A DNA stretch of 63,952 nt, filler included, from Octopus bimaculoides (Eukaryota): assembly GCF_001194135.2 (NCBI RefSeq). It is 9 parts of 9 records of this genome, joined end to end, with 100 filler letters (N's around TTAATTAATTAA, not from the genome) between each part and the next. Parts side by side here need not be neighbours in the genome. Positions count along the whole stretch, not along the records: positions 1 to 13,851 come from NC_068990.1; 8 more parts are not named here. One strand, written 5' to 3'. This document shows, piece after piece, positions 1 through 11,999 of the stretch. The first letter of the stretch is position 1; each line of letters opens with the position of its first letter. The notes under the pieces were generated by a model. The model did no database searches. It saw only the letters and a list, made by a program, of their open reading frames with translations, and was not told the DNA's origin. The translations under genes were made by a program, and so were the position numbers.

Positions 1-56
<56 letters not shown>

Positions 57-531
57 TGGAAGCTGTCAAACGTCATTATAGATAGAAAGTGGAGAGAGAT
101 CGAGGAAGACGGTGATATCCGAAAGAGAGAAACGGCAAATACTTGTCAAAGGTCGTTTAAAGACGAGGAATTTTGCCCTAGCGGCCACTCCTTTCAATAG
201 AGCAGACTGAAATTTGCCATGCATACTCGCCAGCACGTTCCTTATAGGCGTGCAAAGCTTCAGCCCAATCCGATCACGTTTACTAACACTCTGCCTGTAC
301 AACTGCACATGAGTCAACGTCCGCCCTTTTCACAAATATATAAAATATATAAGAGGTGTGGTTAGAGAACCAACAGACACACAATCCTAAAACTCACTGA
401 CAAGATTCTCGTAGACAAAAATCAACACAAGCATACGAAAGACGTGTCACGCACACACACACACACACACTGGCACACATAGATATACCCTTGCAATCGC
501 ACACCTTGAAGATGTCTACACTGATGAAACC

Positions 532-606
<75 letters not shown>

Positions 607-811
607 AATAAACATAGACGAAATGTATATGTCACATACACCAACTGCAAATACACCCACTCACAAAACAACTATCTGCACGATATACACACGTATATAC
701 AATATTTATTCTGATACGTAACATATTTACAGGGCATGCATACATACATATGTTTATATACATATACATATGTGTGTATGTGTGTGTGTATACACATACA
801 CACATACATAC

Positions 812-846
<35 letters not shown>

Positions 847-1249
847 CGTGCGTGTGTGTGTGTGTGTTTGTATACATCTATATTACTCCTATTTGTACTG
901 ATCAGAAACAAACACACATTTACAAAATAACACCACACACGTACACACTGAAACACACTCGCGCGCGTGCAGAATGAATATAACGTGTAATCTATTAATT
1001 CCTGTTTGCGTAGTTATTTTTGATGTGTTTTGTGCCCTGCAAACCTAACTCGTTACATTCAGTTGATCTGTAATCATAACAGAAAATGCCTTAATACCGT
1101 ACCGCTGCAGATGGATTTTACTAAAAGTAGAACGATAAAAAACAACCCGCATCACCAAACACAAATACCCTGATGGGGTATGCTATTTTAGAAAAAACAT
1201 TAATAAACGACTTTATTAAGAACTGCTCGTAAAACACTCACATCTTACC

Positions 1250-1835
1250 AGAGGTTAGGAAAGAGGTTGGCGTTTACCGTCAAGGAACTGATTGGTGATA
1301 CGCAAACATGCGCTATCCCAATCAAATCTATACACAACCTCCACCTCATTCGATTCATTGTAGATAGAGTGGGTAAAGAAGGGCTCTAATCAATTTGGTT
1401 CAAGCAAAAGCCTTCAACATGGTCGACCACTAATACCTAGCGGCAGTTATCACGGCGACCGACTTCGGTCCACTTTTCCGTGGCTAGATCGCCGCAACGT
1501 ACAGCAACATCAGCTCAGGAGTTCGGGTGATTGGCTACCAATCGGAACCATTCAATATCATGCGCTCTGTCCATCAAGGGCGTCCCCTCTCGTCTCTTTT
1601 GCATGTACTGGCTCTAGTGCCACTACTTCGGAAATTGGAGGCGTTTAGTGGCATCCCATGTGAACTTGGATGTGGGAGAACCGTATCGGCATACGCAGAC
1701 GACGTCACCGTCATACCATCGAAAACCAGGCTCATAGAACTGGTCGGTACTTGCTCCAAAAGTATACGAGGCGGTGTCAGAAGCAAGAATTAACCAAGAA
1801 AAGTCAGTGGATCTGCAACTCGACACCTGGACACT
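1250..1835 (+). mobile_element. Tx1/L1-clade LINE reverse transcriptase fragment (copy 1, decayed)
   Basis: Frameshifted motifs LINL..AKAFNMVDH, SVHQGRPLSSLLHVLAL.PLL, VSAYADDVTV, KSVDLQL.TW. Confidence 0.85.
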
Positions 1836-1839
1836 TGGT

Positions 1840-4070
1840 CAATTCTTCAATGCCAAGTACGAAAATTACGTTGTCAGAGCTCGGGCGTGTGCTCTAAGAC
1901 ACGAAAGCCGTTTGATGGGCCCTGGTATGGTAACAAAGCCACAAGTTAGTCTTTGACAGACCGGGACGGATGCATGCTATTCGGATCCAAGCAGTTGTGT
2001 GCGGAATCGCCGAACTGCACAGAGTGCGCGGTGGGTCGGAGATGGGGGTAGATATTACGATGACATCGTCCGCATAATACGACACTAATCATCTACATCC
2101 TAGTTCACAAGTCCAGTGATGCAGAGTTCTGTGAAATGCTAATAACAACCAAAGACATTTGGCACGTGATGACATGCTGCAGGAGAGAGATGTCTCCGAG
2201 TCTCGATGGTCTGCCCCACGAGCTTATTTTCATATGCTAGACTTGTTCGGTCATCTCTTGGTTGATGTCTACCTCAAATGACAACAAAACAGAAAGATAC
2301 CCAATGTTGTGAGCCATGGTGTCGTGGAGGCTACAATAGAAGATCCAGAACAAGGGGGGCGAAATAGATAATTTATAGCCCATATCCCTGCAGAAAGATT
2401 ATAATATTTTTGCTAAGGTGTTAGTTGGCCGAGAGGTTGGTGCTTGTCGTTGATAGACTTGTCGATGATGCGCAAACATTCACTATCTCAAACAGACCTA
2501 TCCGCAACAACCCTTACTTCATGCGCTGCATCATAGAGAAGGTAGGTAAGGAACCTAGCATGAGTGGGGTTCTGATCAATTTGGATCAATCAAAAGCTTT
2601 TGATTGGGTCGACAACCAATACTTGGAGGCTGTCCTCGTGGCGGTCAGTTTCTGCCCTGTTTTCAGAGACTGGATCGCTGCAATATACTGCGACTTTTGT
2701 TCAGTGATCGAAGTAAATGGCCATCTATCAGAATCGTTTAGTATCGCATGTTCAGTTCGCCAAGGATGCTCACTCTCGCCCCTTCTGTACATGCTGGCTC
2801 TCGAACCATTGCTATGGAAGCTGGATGTTTCGAAGAGGATCCCTTGTGAACTAGGATGCAGAAGATAAGTATCGGCTTATGCGGACGACGTCACCGTAAT
2901 AGTTCAAACATCTCAGAAATCGAGGTGATCGGTACTACCCTAAGGGGGTAGAGGGGTGACAGGAGCAAAGATTTAACAAAAGTGGGTGTGCCTGCAATTC
3001 AGCTTCTAGACAGGCAGGTCCATGCCGACCGACATCGTTGTAGGCCGCTGGACAGAAGGACCAGTTAAATTGCTCGGGGTCTGATTTGGTCCGGATCTCT
3101 GGGGCCACAGAACTGTGGCGGTGAGGTGACGAACATGATGACCGTCTCACCCAGAAATGGACAGAGAAGATATCGTTGAAGGGCCAGAAGGACATACATT
3201 GTATCTGTCATCCACTATCGCCCGACCGTCATCTCTTGCGCTGCTTCGTGGCTTGATCAAGCTGCAGCGATCGCTCTTCCGCTTTCTGTAGAAAGGACGG
3301 GTGCCACTCGTCAGATAGTGCATTTACTTCAATAGCCACTGAGTGGAGAACACTGAGTAGAAGTTTCACTATGGAATTCTATAGGAGATTAGTGGCAGAC
3401 AAGAGCGACGACGTTTTCAGGGAAAGTCTTGGCGTCGGGAGGGATCAATTAATTGCGGGCTAGGGCTTTGGATAACTTCCAGAAATCGCTAACCTGGCAG
3501 TGCTGCCGAAGAGCTCTGCCGGCTTGACACAAGCTCTACAGCCACAGAAGTACTGTCAGACGGACTTGTCCGAGATATGCGCAGAATGATGCAACTGTTC
3601 TGCATGCACTCGCCCAGTCTCCGGGCATTGTTAACTTGTGGAGCTTTATCTAATAGCTGTTTTCGCCTGTAGGGCGGATCCAGTTATCAGCCGAGTCCGC
3701 CACGAGGATCGTCCCGCTGCCTTCTTTTCGCGGAGAAGGGTAGGCAGTTTTCCTCTCTGGTGGCAATAGCGAAAAAGGTAGTGTTGTAGACGAGGTTGAC
3801 GGGACTGAAGACATGTTTTCCTCTTCAGCCAAACGCTCTTCGAATTTTTCAAGTTCGACTTGAAAAGGAAAGTGAGGGTATTTTTGTTGAAAGGAGGGTA
3901 TGTCTGTCGAAAGGTGGGTGAATGTGGTTGGGGTTTGAATGTGGAGTATGGCCCATGTGAATGGGCCTACTCTGAATCTGCGCCAGTAAGCTGGAGAGGA
4001 GGAAGAGGAGAGGGGGTGCTTACTTGGGATGCCCTTGGAGATCAGGGTGACCATGTGTGGGGGTTCCTTG
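1840..4070 (+). mobile_element. Tx1/L1-clade LINE ORF2 3' portion (copy 2): linker, RT and C-terminus, decayed
   Basis: FFNAKYE..VVRAR linker; SPSLDGLPHE; LINLDQSKAFDWVD; SVRQGCSLSPLLYMLALEPLL; AYADDVTV; VKLLGV.FGPDL; KRKVRV near the end; followed by a (GTT)n(ATT)n tail. Confidence 0.88.
2053..2111 (-). mobile_element. Inverted 59-bp copy of the Tx1 RT YADD segment
   Basis: Reverse complement matches 2843-2901 at 51/59 nt by manual alignment and encodes VSYYADDVIVI. Confidence 0.8.
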
Positions 4071-4095
4071 ATTGTTGTTGTTGTTGTTGTTGTTG

Positions 4096-4168
<73 letters not shown>
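4071..4168 (+). repeat. (GTT)n(ATT)n compound microsatellite at the LINE 3' end
   Basis: Direct inspection. Confidence 0.95.
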
Positions 4169-4339
4169 CGTTTGGTTTAGAAGGTTTGTTAAACTTTGTT
4201 GAAATATTTTGTTATTTGTTGAAATTTTTTGTTGAAAATTTAAATAAGAACCTCTACTTCACTAGATTATAAATATTAGGAAGATAAATATTTGGAAAAT
4301 TGTACCTGAAAATATTTATTTTCTTTTTGTTTTCACCTG

Positions 4340-5340
4340 TTTGGAATGATGGTGACGACAACGTCTAACAACAGATTCAGTAAAGATGTTGCGGGAAAAA
4401 CTTTCTCATATTACTACAGCAGTAACAACAACGGTTACAACATTTCTAACAACACAAGGAACAATGACAGCAGCTGCAATAAAAACAAAAGCAACAGCAA
4501 TAAGAGTAACAACAGTAACAGCAGCGTCAGCAACAGCAACAACAACAAAAAAATAACAACGACGATGAAGTAAGGAGATGACTTCACTAACAAGTAATCG
4601 TTTACTGGGATGGTGGCGAGATGAACTTAGTACTCTTCACTCTCTCTAACAAGGGTGAAACTGCTTCTAAAGGGGAATAGGAGGAGAGCACACGTTGCCA
4701 TCTCAGCCGAGGTATTGGAAGAGGGTGGTGGATCGCTGTTTGTCAGTTTAAACCAGACACCTAGAATCAGCGACACACGCCCAGGTGGAAAGAGCCCTGG
4801 CAAAATATACGAAGACCTAGATCATGTAACTAGTGCAAGTTGGTTCGAAAGCATGGTGGTCCTTTTCGCAGCTCTCACACGCGATGGGGAGCTCACTCTC
4901 TACCCAATGTATTAAGAGAGAAGAACTTGGCATGTTCCAATTGCATTGGACATCTGGTGGTTGTTGGCCTGTGCCAGTCCTTGAAGCGAAATGAATGAGG
5001 AGGGAGTTTGGGTCTGGAGGAACAGTGGGGATCCTCAATCAGATCGAACCGAAGTAAGTAGAAAAGATCCTAGATTTTATCCACTGGCACAAAGATGTGG
5101 AGCTATTTGTTGCGATTGAGAGTCGAAAGCTAATTCAGAGCTTTCTGTCCCCAATAAAAAGCAGGAGGGAAGAGATTTCCCACTACTGCCTACGCCGCAA
5201 AAACAACAGCGTACAGCATTACCATGAATAACAGCAACAGTAGCAGCAGCGACGAAATCAATAAGAACAACAGCAACAACAGTAAGTCCATCACCAATAA
5301 CAATGACACCCACAACAGACTGATCGCTCAGAAAAATATC
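4340..5340 (+). mobile_element. Possible Tx1-like ORF1 remnant with Thr/Ala-rich low-complexity tracts
   Basis: Composition and layout resemble the ORF1 region at 10200-11320. No intact diagnostic motif seen. Confidence 0.3.
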
Positions 5341-5360
5341 CAGCCTAACCCCACAATTAC

Positions 5361-5401
<41 letters not shown>

Positions 5402-6324
5402 NNNNNNNNNNNNNNNNNNNNNNNNNNNNNNNNNNNNNNNNNNNNNNNNNNNNNNNNNNNNNNNNNNNNNNNNNNNNNNNNNNNNNNNNNNNNNNNNNNN
5501 NNNNNNNNNNNNNNNNNNNNNNNNNNNNNNNNNNNNNNNNNNNNNNNNNNNNNNNNNNNNNNNNNNNNNNNNNNNNNNNNNNNNNNNNNNNNNNNNNNNN
5601 NNNNNNNNNNNNNNNNNNNNNNNNNNNNNNNNNNNNNNNNNNNNNNNNNNNNNNNNNNNNNNNNNNNNNNNNNNNNNNNNNNNNNNNNNNNNNNNNNNNN
5701 NNNNNNNNNNNNNNNNNNNNNNNNNNNNNNNNNNNNNNNNNNNNNNNNNNNNNNNNNNNNNNNNNNNNNNNNNNNNNNNNNNNNNNNNNNNNNNNNNNNN
5801 NNNNNNNNNNNNNNNNNNNNNNNNNNNNNNNNNNNNNNNNNNNNNNNNNNNNNNNNNNNNNNNNNNNNNNNNNNNNNNNNNNNNNNNNNNNNNNNNNNNN
5901 NNNNNNNNNNNNNNNNNNNNNNNNNNNNNNNNNNNNNNNNNNNNNNNNNNNNNNNNNNNNNNNNNNNNNNNNNNNNNNNNNNNNNNNNNNNNAGAGAGAG
6001 AGAAAGGCAGACAGACAGACGGAGAGACAGAGACAGACAGACAGAGACAGACAGACAGAGACAGATAGACAAATGAATGTAATGTGGAGATGTATTCAGA
6101 TTTACGCTATGATATCTCGAATTTTAATATCAGCAGAACGTAAGTTGATATGTGAAAATATAACTTTTGTAGGACACAGATAAATATATCATGCGTGTGT
6201 GTGTGTGTGTGTGTGTGCGTGCGTGTGTGTGTGCGTGTCTGTGTGTCTGTGTGTGTGTGAGCGTGTGTGTACATATGCATGCATATGTAAATATATGTAA
6301 GTATATGCTTTATATATATATATA

Positions 6325-6380
<56 letters not shown>

Positions 6381-6499
6381 GTGCGTATGTATGTATGTAT
6401 GTATGTATGTATAAATTGATAGATAGATAGAAAGCTACAAGGTGCGATGAGTAAATTGTTGCCATCGTATATTTTTGATTTCGCGCATGCACATTGTTT

Positions 6500-6975
6500 G
6501 TTTTTGATTTTGTCAACTACACAGTATAGTAGGGTCAGCTGGGCACTGTCTGTGAAAAAAACAGCACCATGATGCAATTCACTTTGCCAGAAATTTGAAA
6601 ACGACATGCTGGACTGCTTGGGTGTCAATCTGAGGATAGTGCAGAGGATTCGGAAAGTGTTGGATGAGTCTAATGGTGATTATGAAGGTACGGCAGCTCT
6701 GAAAATTCACTCAGATCGTTCTGATAAGAAAAGAACTCCTGAATTTGTTGGTGAGATCCAGGCCATAATTGACAACGATCCCTCCAAGTCAATCATGTCC
6801 ATCACTAGGGACATCGGAGTGTCTGAGTTTCTTATCAGGCAGGTAGTGCATGAAGACATTCGGTATTCCTCATACTAGATGAGAAAGGGCCAATTTTTAT
6901 GCCAAGCCATGAAGAACAATAGGGAAGACCATGCTACGAAGCTTTTGAACAAGCTCAAGCATCCCCTCCAAGCGA
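6500..6975 (+). mobile_element. Tc1/mariner-superfamily transposase N-terminal fragment
   Basis: HTH-type region RKVLDESNGDYEGTAA..KKRTPEFVGEIQAIIDNDPSKSI.SI.RDIGVSEFLIRQVVHEDIRY.SY..RKGQFL, with stops; no catalytic domain. Confidence 0.75.
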
Positions 6976-7230
6976 CTGGTAGATTTAAAATGTAGGGGGT
7001 TAAAAAGGCAATCCCACAATCAAGAGTTGTGAGACGCTATTTGGCTCTCTAACGCAACCAGCCTGTTCATTTGCCCCTCTTCATGTATTCGTGAAGATCA
7101 ATGCTAATCTGATTCTCCACTTAGTTTTTGTTAACAAGACAAAATATTAAAATATAAGACGAAGGTGCTAGAGTTCTGTTTTACTCTCACTTCTGTTCCT
7201 TTATTTCAAACTTGCATTGCACGAATGTTC

Positions 7231-7361
7231 GTGGTAAGAAGTTTACTTCTCAACCACATGGTTACGGGTTTAGTCCTACTGCGTGGTACCTCGGGTACGT
7301 GTACTATAGCCTCGGGTCGACCAAAGCCTTGTAAGTGGATTTGGTAGACAGAAACTTATAA
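7231..7361 (+). mobile_element. SINE family B 5' part (tRNA-like head)
   Basis: Matches the full copy at 31217-31604 (GTGGTAAG..CAACCACATGG..CTATAGCCTCGGG.CGACCAAAGCCTTG). Confidence 0.8.
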
Positions 7362-7367
7362 GTAAGT

Positions 7368-7600
7368 AAGGCGGCGAGCTGGCAGAATCGTTAGCACGCC
7401 GGGCGAAATGCTTAGCGGTATTTCGTCTGCCGCTACGTTCGGAGTTCAAATTCCGCCGAGGTCGACTTAGCCTTCCATCCTTTGGGGGTCGATTAAATAA
7501 GTACCAGTTACGCACTGGTGTCGATGTAATCGACTTTATCCCTTTGTCTGTCCTTGTTTGTCCCCTCTATGTTTAGCCCCTTGTGGGCAATAAAGAAATA
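7368..7600 (+). mobile_element. SINE family A, full length, with 12-bp TSD
   Basis: A-box-like TGGCAGAATCG and B-box-like GAGTTCAAATTCC; AGAAACTTATAA repeated at 7350-7361 and 7601-7612. Confidence 0.9.
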
Positions 7601-8598
7601 AGAAACTTATAAATATCCGTTGTATATATATACATATACATACCAATGTGTGTGTGTGTGTGTGTGTGTGTAAAGTCACAATATATAGATTCATACAATC
7701 CGGCAATACTCATAGTCTGTCATACCACAAACCATATGGAGCATACAGTAATACGCAAGAGAAAAAAGGAGATTATAAAGATATAAACGATAGAGAAATA
7801 TTATTTCTCCATCGTTTATATCTCTATATGTGTGTGTATGCATGTATGTATATATAAACACACACACACACGCACACATATATAGACATATATATATGTG
7901 TGTGTGTGTGTGTGTAGTGGATCTTGTATGCATGAAGTGGATTCGATCCACCATAGCCAAATTTAAATTAACACTGCAACCACGGTGGAACAAAAGTTTT
8001 TCTCTGACAGCAGTTTAATATTTTCCAGATGCCTTTAGCTAGGCCGAAACAATGTCTTCACCACTTGACCCTTTCTAACCTCTCCTACATCACCAAAAGC
8101 TAGAATAGAGATAACAAGACCACCAACTAAACCTATTGTTCTCAATAATATATCTATCCTTCTGGGTTGTTATAAAAGCAACGAAATCCCAAGAAAAATT
8201 TAGTTTAGTCACCAGTCGGTGACGACTCAACCAGTTTAGTCACATGGTGACGACTCAGTGAAAACGAAGTCTGGCTGACCAGCTAGAACCGAGACCAGAG
8301 GGAGAAAGAAGGTTACAACCAGCCAACTATGAGACACAAAATCCCCGCTACTCTATAACTTTCACTAGCTCACTTGCTTTTCTCTGTAACATTACCATAT
8401 TTCTGTCTATATACTGCTACAAGATGGTGTACACACATATACAGGCCGAAATTAACTTTCTTTACCATGCATGCTTTACGAACTGTGTTATACTATTACA
8501 CTAACCTACCCGTCGTGGTATGGCATTTATTAAAGTAAACGTAAATAAATATTTTTTTACAACTTCGATTACTGTTCATCGTTCATCTTACAACCCTT

Positions 8599-8675
<77 letters not shown>

Positions 8676-8762
8676 CACGTATATACATATATGCATGTAT
8701 TGATCAAAGAATGTGTGTGTTTGTGTGTGGGGGGGTGCGCGTGTGTGATGTGTGTATATATA

Positions 8763-9870
8763 CACTGCGTTTCGAATTATTAACGACGTAACATTTTGAA
8801 AATTTTATTTAAAAACTACTCGTTGGAATTCAACGGAATTTCCACAGAATTATGGCAACCGTTATATGTGCGTGGTGTGTAAAAAAAACGTGGGGTTTTG
8901 CACAAGTCTAAATAAACTGCTGTCATCTTCATGCTGTCATCAAATTATTAAAGAGAGATCTGATAATCGTGTCATTGGAGGTCGTAAATGTGACTTAACT
9001 GCTTCAGAGAAATTTGTTATTACTTCTGAACTTGCAAAATGTAAATCAACATTAGAAATATCTGAAATAACTGGAAGATATCACCAAGCTATGAAAAATT
9101 TGTTAGAGTTCCTACGAAGATACGTAAGCGAGCCGACAAGGGTCAGTCGAGGGCTGTTTCTTGGCGTTCTCTATCACGAATTAAGCGTGAAGCTGTAAAG
9201 AACCCAGCTCTTACAAGTGGAGAACGTTTCAAGTGCATTGGCGAAACAACTGTGTCCAGAATTACCCGATGTCGTCTGCTGAAAAAGGTCGCTAAACCAG
9301 TGACATCAGTTAAAAGGCCTTCTTTATACAAAATACACATACAAAATCGTCTGAAATGGGCAGAAGATAACATGAAAGTCAACTTCTCAAAAGTTTTGTT
9401 TACGGGCAAATCTCGTGCAACCCGTGTTGGACCTGTTGACTGGAGCAAGGGATGAGTTGTAAATGGATGAAATTGTCATCAACGCTTGAGACGCCAACAA
9501 GGTGGAGGAGGCATCATGATTTGGGTAGGTATTATTGGAGGTATTATGGTTGGTCCTTGGAAAGTGTAGATGCTTACATAGCCTTTCTGGTCACCTTCAA
9601 GACAACCATAATATTCGTGCAAAATAATGCACCCTCGCACGCAGCAAAGAAAACTACAGAGTATCGGCAATAATTAGGCTTCCGTGAACCTCGGAAGATG
9701 AAATGGCTTGCCTGTTCCCCCGACTTAAACCCAATAGAAAACTTGTGGAGCATTCTAAAGCGACGAATTTACAAGAATTAACGCCAATTTAGGAGCGAGG
9801 ATGAAGTGTGACAGGCAATAATGGATGTATCTCGTGGTATAACATCAGAGGAGATCCAGAAATTAGCATG
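8763..9870 (+). mobile_element. Tc1-type (DD34E) transposon, decayed, 3'-truncated
   Basis: TA followed by CACTGCGTTTCG 5' end; GRKCDLTASEK HTH; NRLKWA..NMKVNFSKVLFT; RQQGGGGIMIW; FVQNNAPSHAA; SPDLNPIENLWSILKR. Confidence 0.88.
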
Positions 9871-11320
9871 GACCAGCACCTTTCCAGCTGAAATTAGCAT
9901 GTTCCATGGACCAGCGCCTTTCAAAGTTGTCAAAAATGTGCGCTATTGTTTGCATGTTCGAAACCCTAGTCTCGCTGGCAGCTATCGTATCCAACTCTAG
10001 CGACTTGAGGTCATTGAGCAAGTGATCTTGCTTCCAAGACGACCCCAGGCCACGTACATATATACAACTTACTCTAATAATTGCCACGTTGACCGGAAAG
10101 AGTTGAGAGAATGGAAAAGAGTGGGGTTACTTACACTCTTGGTGTTGTTGGCGGTCGGACCTTCGACTGGGTTCCTCTGGGAATCCCTTTCAAAGTCTGT
10201 TAGTGGCTTTTACATTAGGGACTTCCACGTCGTAGCAAAAATCTCCTTAAGGTTTTTACATACTGTTATTGGATTGCGCACTAACAATAACTCTTTCGGT
10301 ACTTTAAGAGTGCTGGTTTTCATATGTTGTACCCCTCTCTCAATCTCTTTATTTAGAGCTATGAGTGTCATCAAATTTTTGTTGGCTCTCGCCACACGAA
10401 ATTTGGAGTCTATGTGGTTGACTATTCTTTTGTAAGCTGTCATTTGGAGGCGAGGTCGGATTGTAGTGTTGCTTGTACTGGTGATGGCAATGTTGTTTGT
10501 GTTGACGTTTGTGGAGCTGGTGGGGTTTGAGCTATTGTCAGTGTGACTGTGCCAGCTGCGCGCTCTCTGCGTCTTCCGGTGCGTGTGCCGGTGTGAGGCC
10601 GGATGTTTTTTTCCTGTGTATTCCTTTTTGCTTTTTGGCTTTTTTTCTTTTCGGTTTATGGGGTTCCTCCTCGTCTTGACTGTGTGATGTGGAGGAACCA
10701 GAATCTGTGGAGTTCGTCATAGATATGGGCAGGTGTGAGTTTGTGCTTATGTGTGTATCTATGTGTGAGCGTATGTTTGAGAGAGTGAGAGATGGAGAGA
10801 TGGGTTGAGGAACGCCGTGAGTGGTCCTCTGTGTCGAAATTCATTTCGATGTTGGTGATAACAGTGATGGCGGTGCTGTTGGGGCTGTTGTTATTGCTGT
10901 TGCTGCTACTGTTGTTACTGCACCTGCTTTTTCTGCTACTGCTTTTTCTGCAACTGCTGTTTCTGCTACTGCTGTTTTTGCTGCTGCTGCTGCTACTACC
11001 GCCGGTCCTTCAGCCGTAGATGAAGCCACTGCTGGAAACCCTGATACCGCCTGTCATTTTGGTGGTGTGATTTTTTCTTTGTGATGCACTGGCCACTTTT
11101 ACTGTTCTTGCTGCACTTTTCTTGCCGTGTTGTAGATGTTGTTGTTGTTGTTGTTGTAGCAGTAGCTCTGATGTCAGTAGGAGGACATCATTTCCACTTT
11201 TTTGCTTTTGTTGTGTAAGCAGAACGCCCGTACATGATCCGCCTTTCCGCAAACATAGCATCTCGGTCGTCTGCTCTCCACTCTCACTCTTAACTCTGTT
11301 CCATACTTTATTGTTTATCG
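9871..11320 (-). mobile_element. Tx1/L1-like LINE 5' half: ORF1 with CCHC knuckle plus start of ORF2 APE endonuclease
   Basis: CYVCGKADHVRAFC (C-x2-C-x4-H-x4-C) at 11219-11260; Ala/Thr- and Lys-rich ORF1 pieces; ORF2 start IRVSCIYVRGL..LLNDLKSLELDTIAASETR at 9900-10087. Confidence 0.8.
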
Positions 11321-11469
11321 ACCGCGAAAGAATGAAAGGTAAAGTTTTCTTCGACAGGATTTAATCTCAGAATGCTTCAGAAGAGCAGGAATAAATAAAA
11401 TGCCGCCAAGCATTTGTCCGACGTGCTAACTATTCTGCTAGTCCGCCACTCAAAACAATATTAATAATC

Positions 11470-11677
11470 CTTTCTACTATGGGCACAAGGCCTGAAATTT
11501 TGGAGGACGGGGAAAGTCGATCATATCGACCCTAGTACTTGAATGGTACTTAATTTATCGACCTCAAAAAGATGAAAGGCAAAGTCGACCTCGGTGGAAT
11601 TTGAACTCAGAACGTAAAGACGGACGAAATGCCGCTAAGCATTTGCTCGACGTGCTAAAGACTCTGCCAGCTCGCAG
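11470..11677 (-). mobile_element. SINE family A copy (further partial copies at ~11335-11455 and ~11700-11915)
   Basis: Reverse-complement match to 7368-7600 (AAAGTCGACCTCGGTGGAATTTGAACTCAGAACGT). Confidence 0.8.
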
Positions 11678-11999
11678 GTTTCAAACCAATAACAATAATA
11701 ATTGCTTTCCAATATAAATACAAGATCAGAGATTTGAGGGAAGGGAAGCACTTGATTACGTCAGTATTTGGGTGGTACTTTATTTTATGTCCTTGAAAGG
11801 ATGAAATTTGTAAAGTTGATTTCTGCACAATTTGAAACTCAGAATGTAAAGAGCAGAAACAAATACTATAATACTATAAGGCATTTTCTCCAACGCTCTA
11901 CCGATTCGACCACCTTTACCATAATAATAAATTCCAAATGACCGTTAACTGGCTAATGTCACCCAGTTATCCCTTGCTCACATTTGAAAAAATATCAAA

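Noticed and set aside
394-977. HT/CV/YI/MYV-repeat ORFs here and across the window
   Set aside because: Translations of di- and tetranucleotide microsatellites.
3650-4054. 134-aa minus-strand ORF
   Set aside because: Antisense to the C-terminus of the Tx1-like ORF2 on +; no independent motif.
5077-6183. Long ORFs in the track spanning N runs (also 12578-13361, 16502-17792, 41693-42768, 56033-56731, 61282-62594)
   Set aside because: Open only because N, (TA)n, (CA)n and (AG)n supply no stop codons.
8168-8391. TGTTATA...TGTAACA segment as a solo LTR, with an internal GGTGACGACTCA duplication
   Set aside because: No TSD and no second copy in the window; unsupported.
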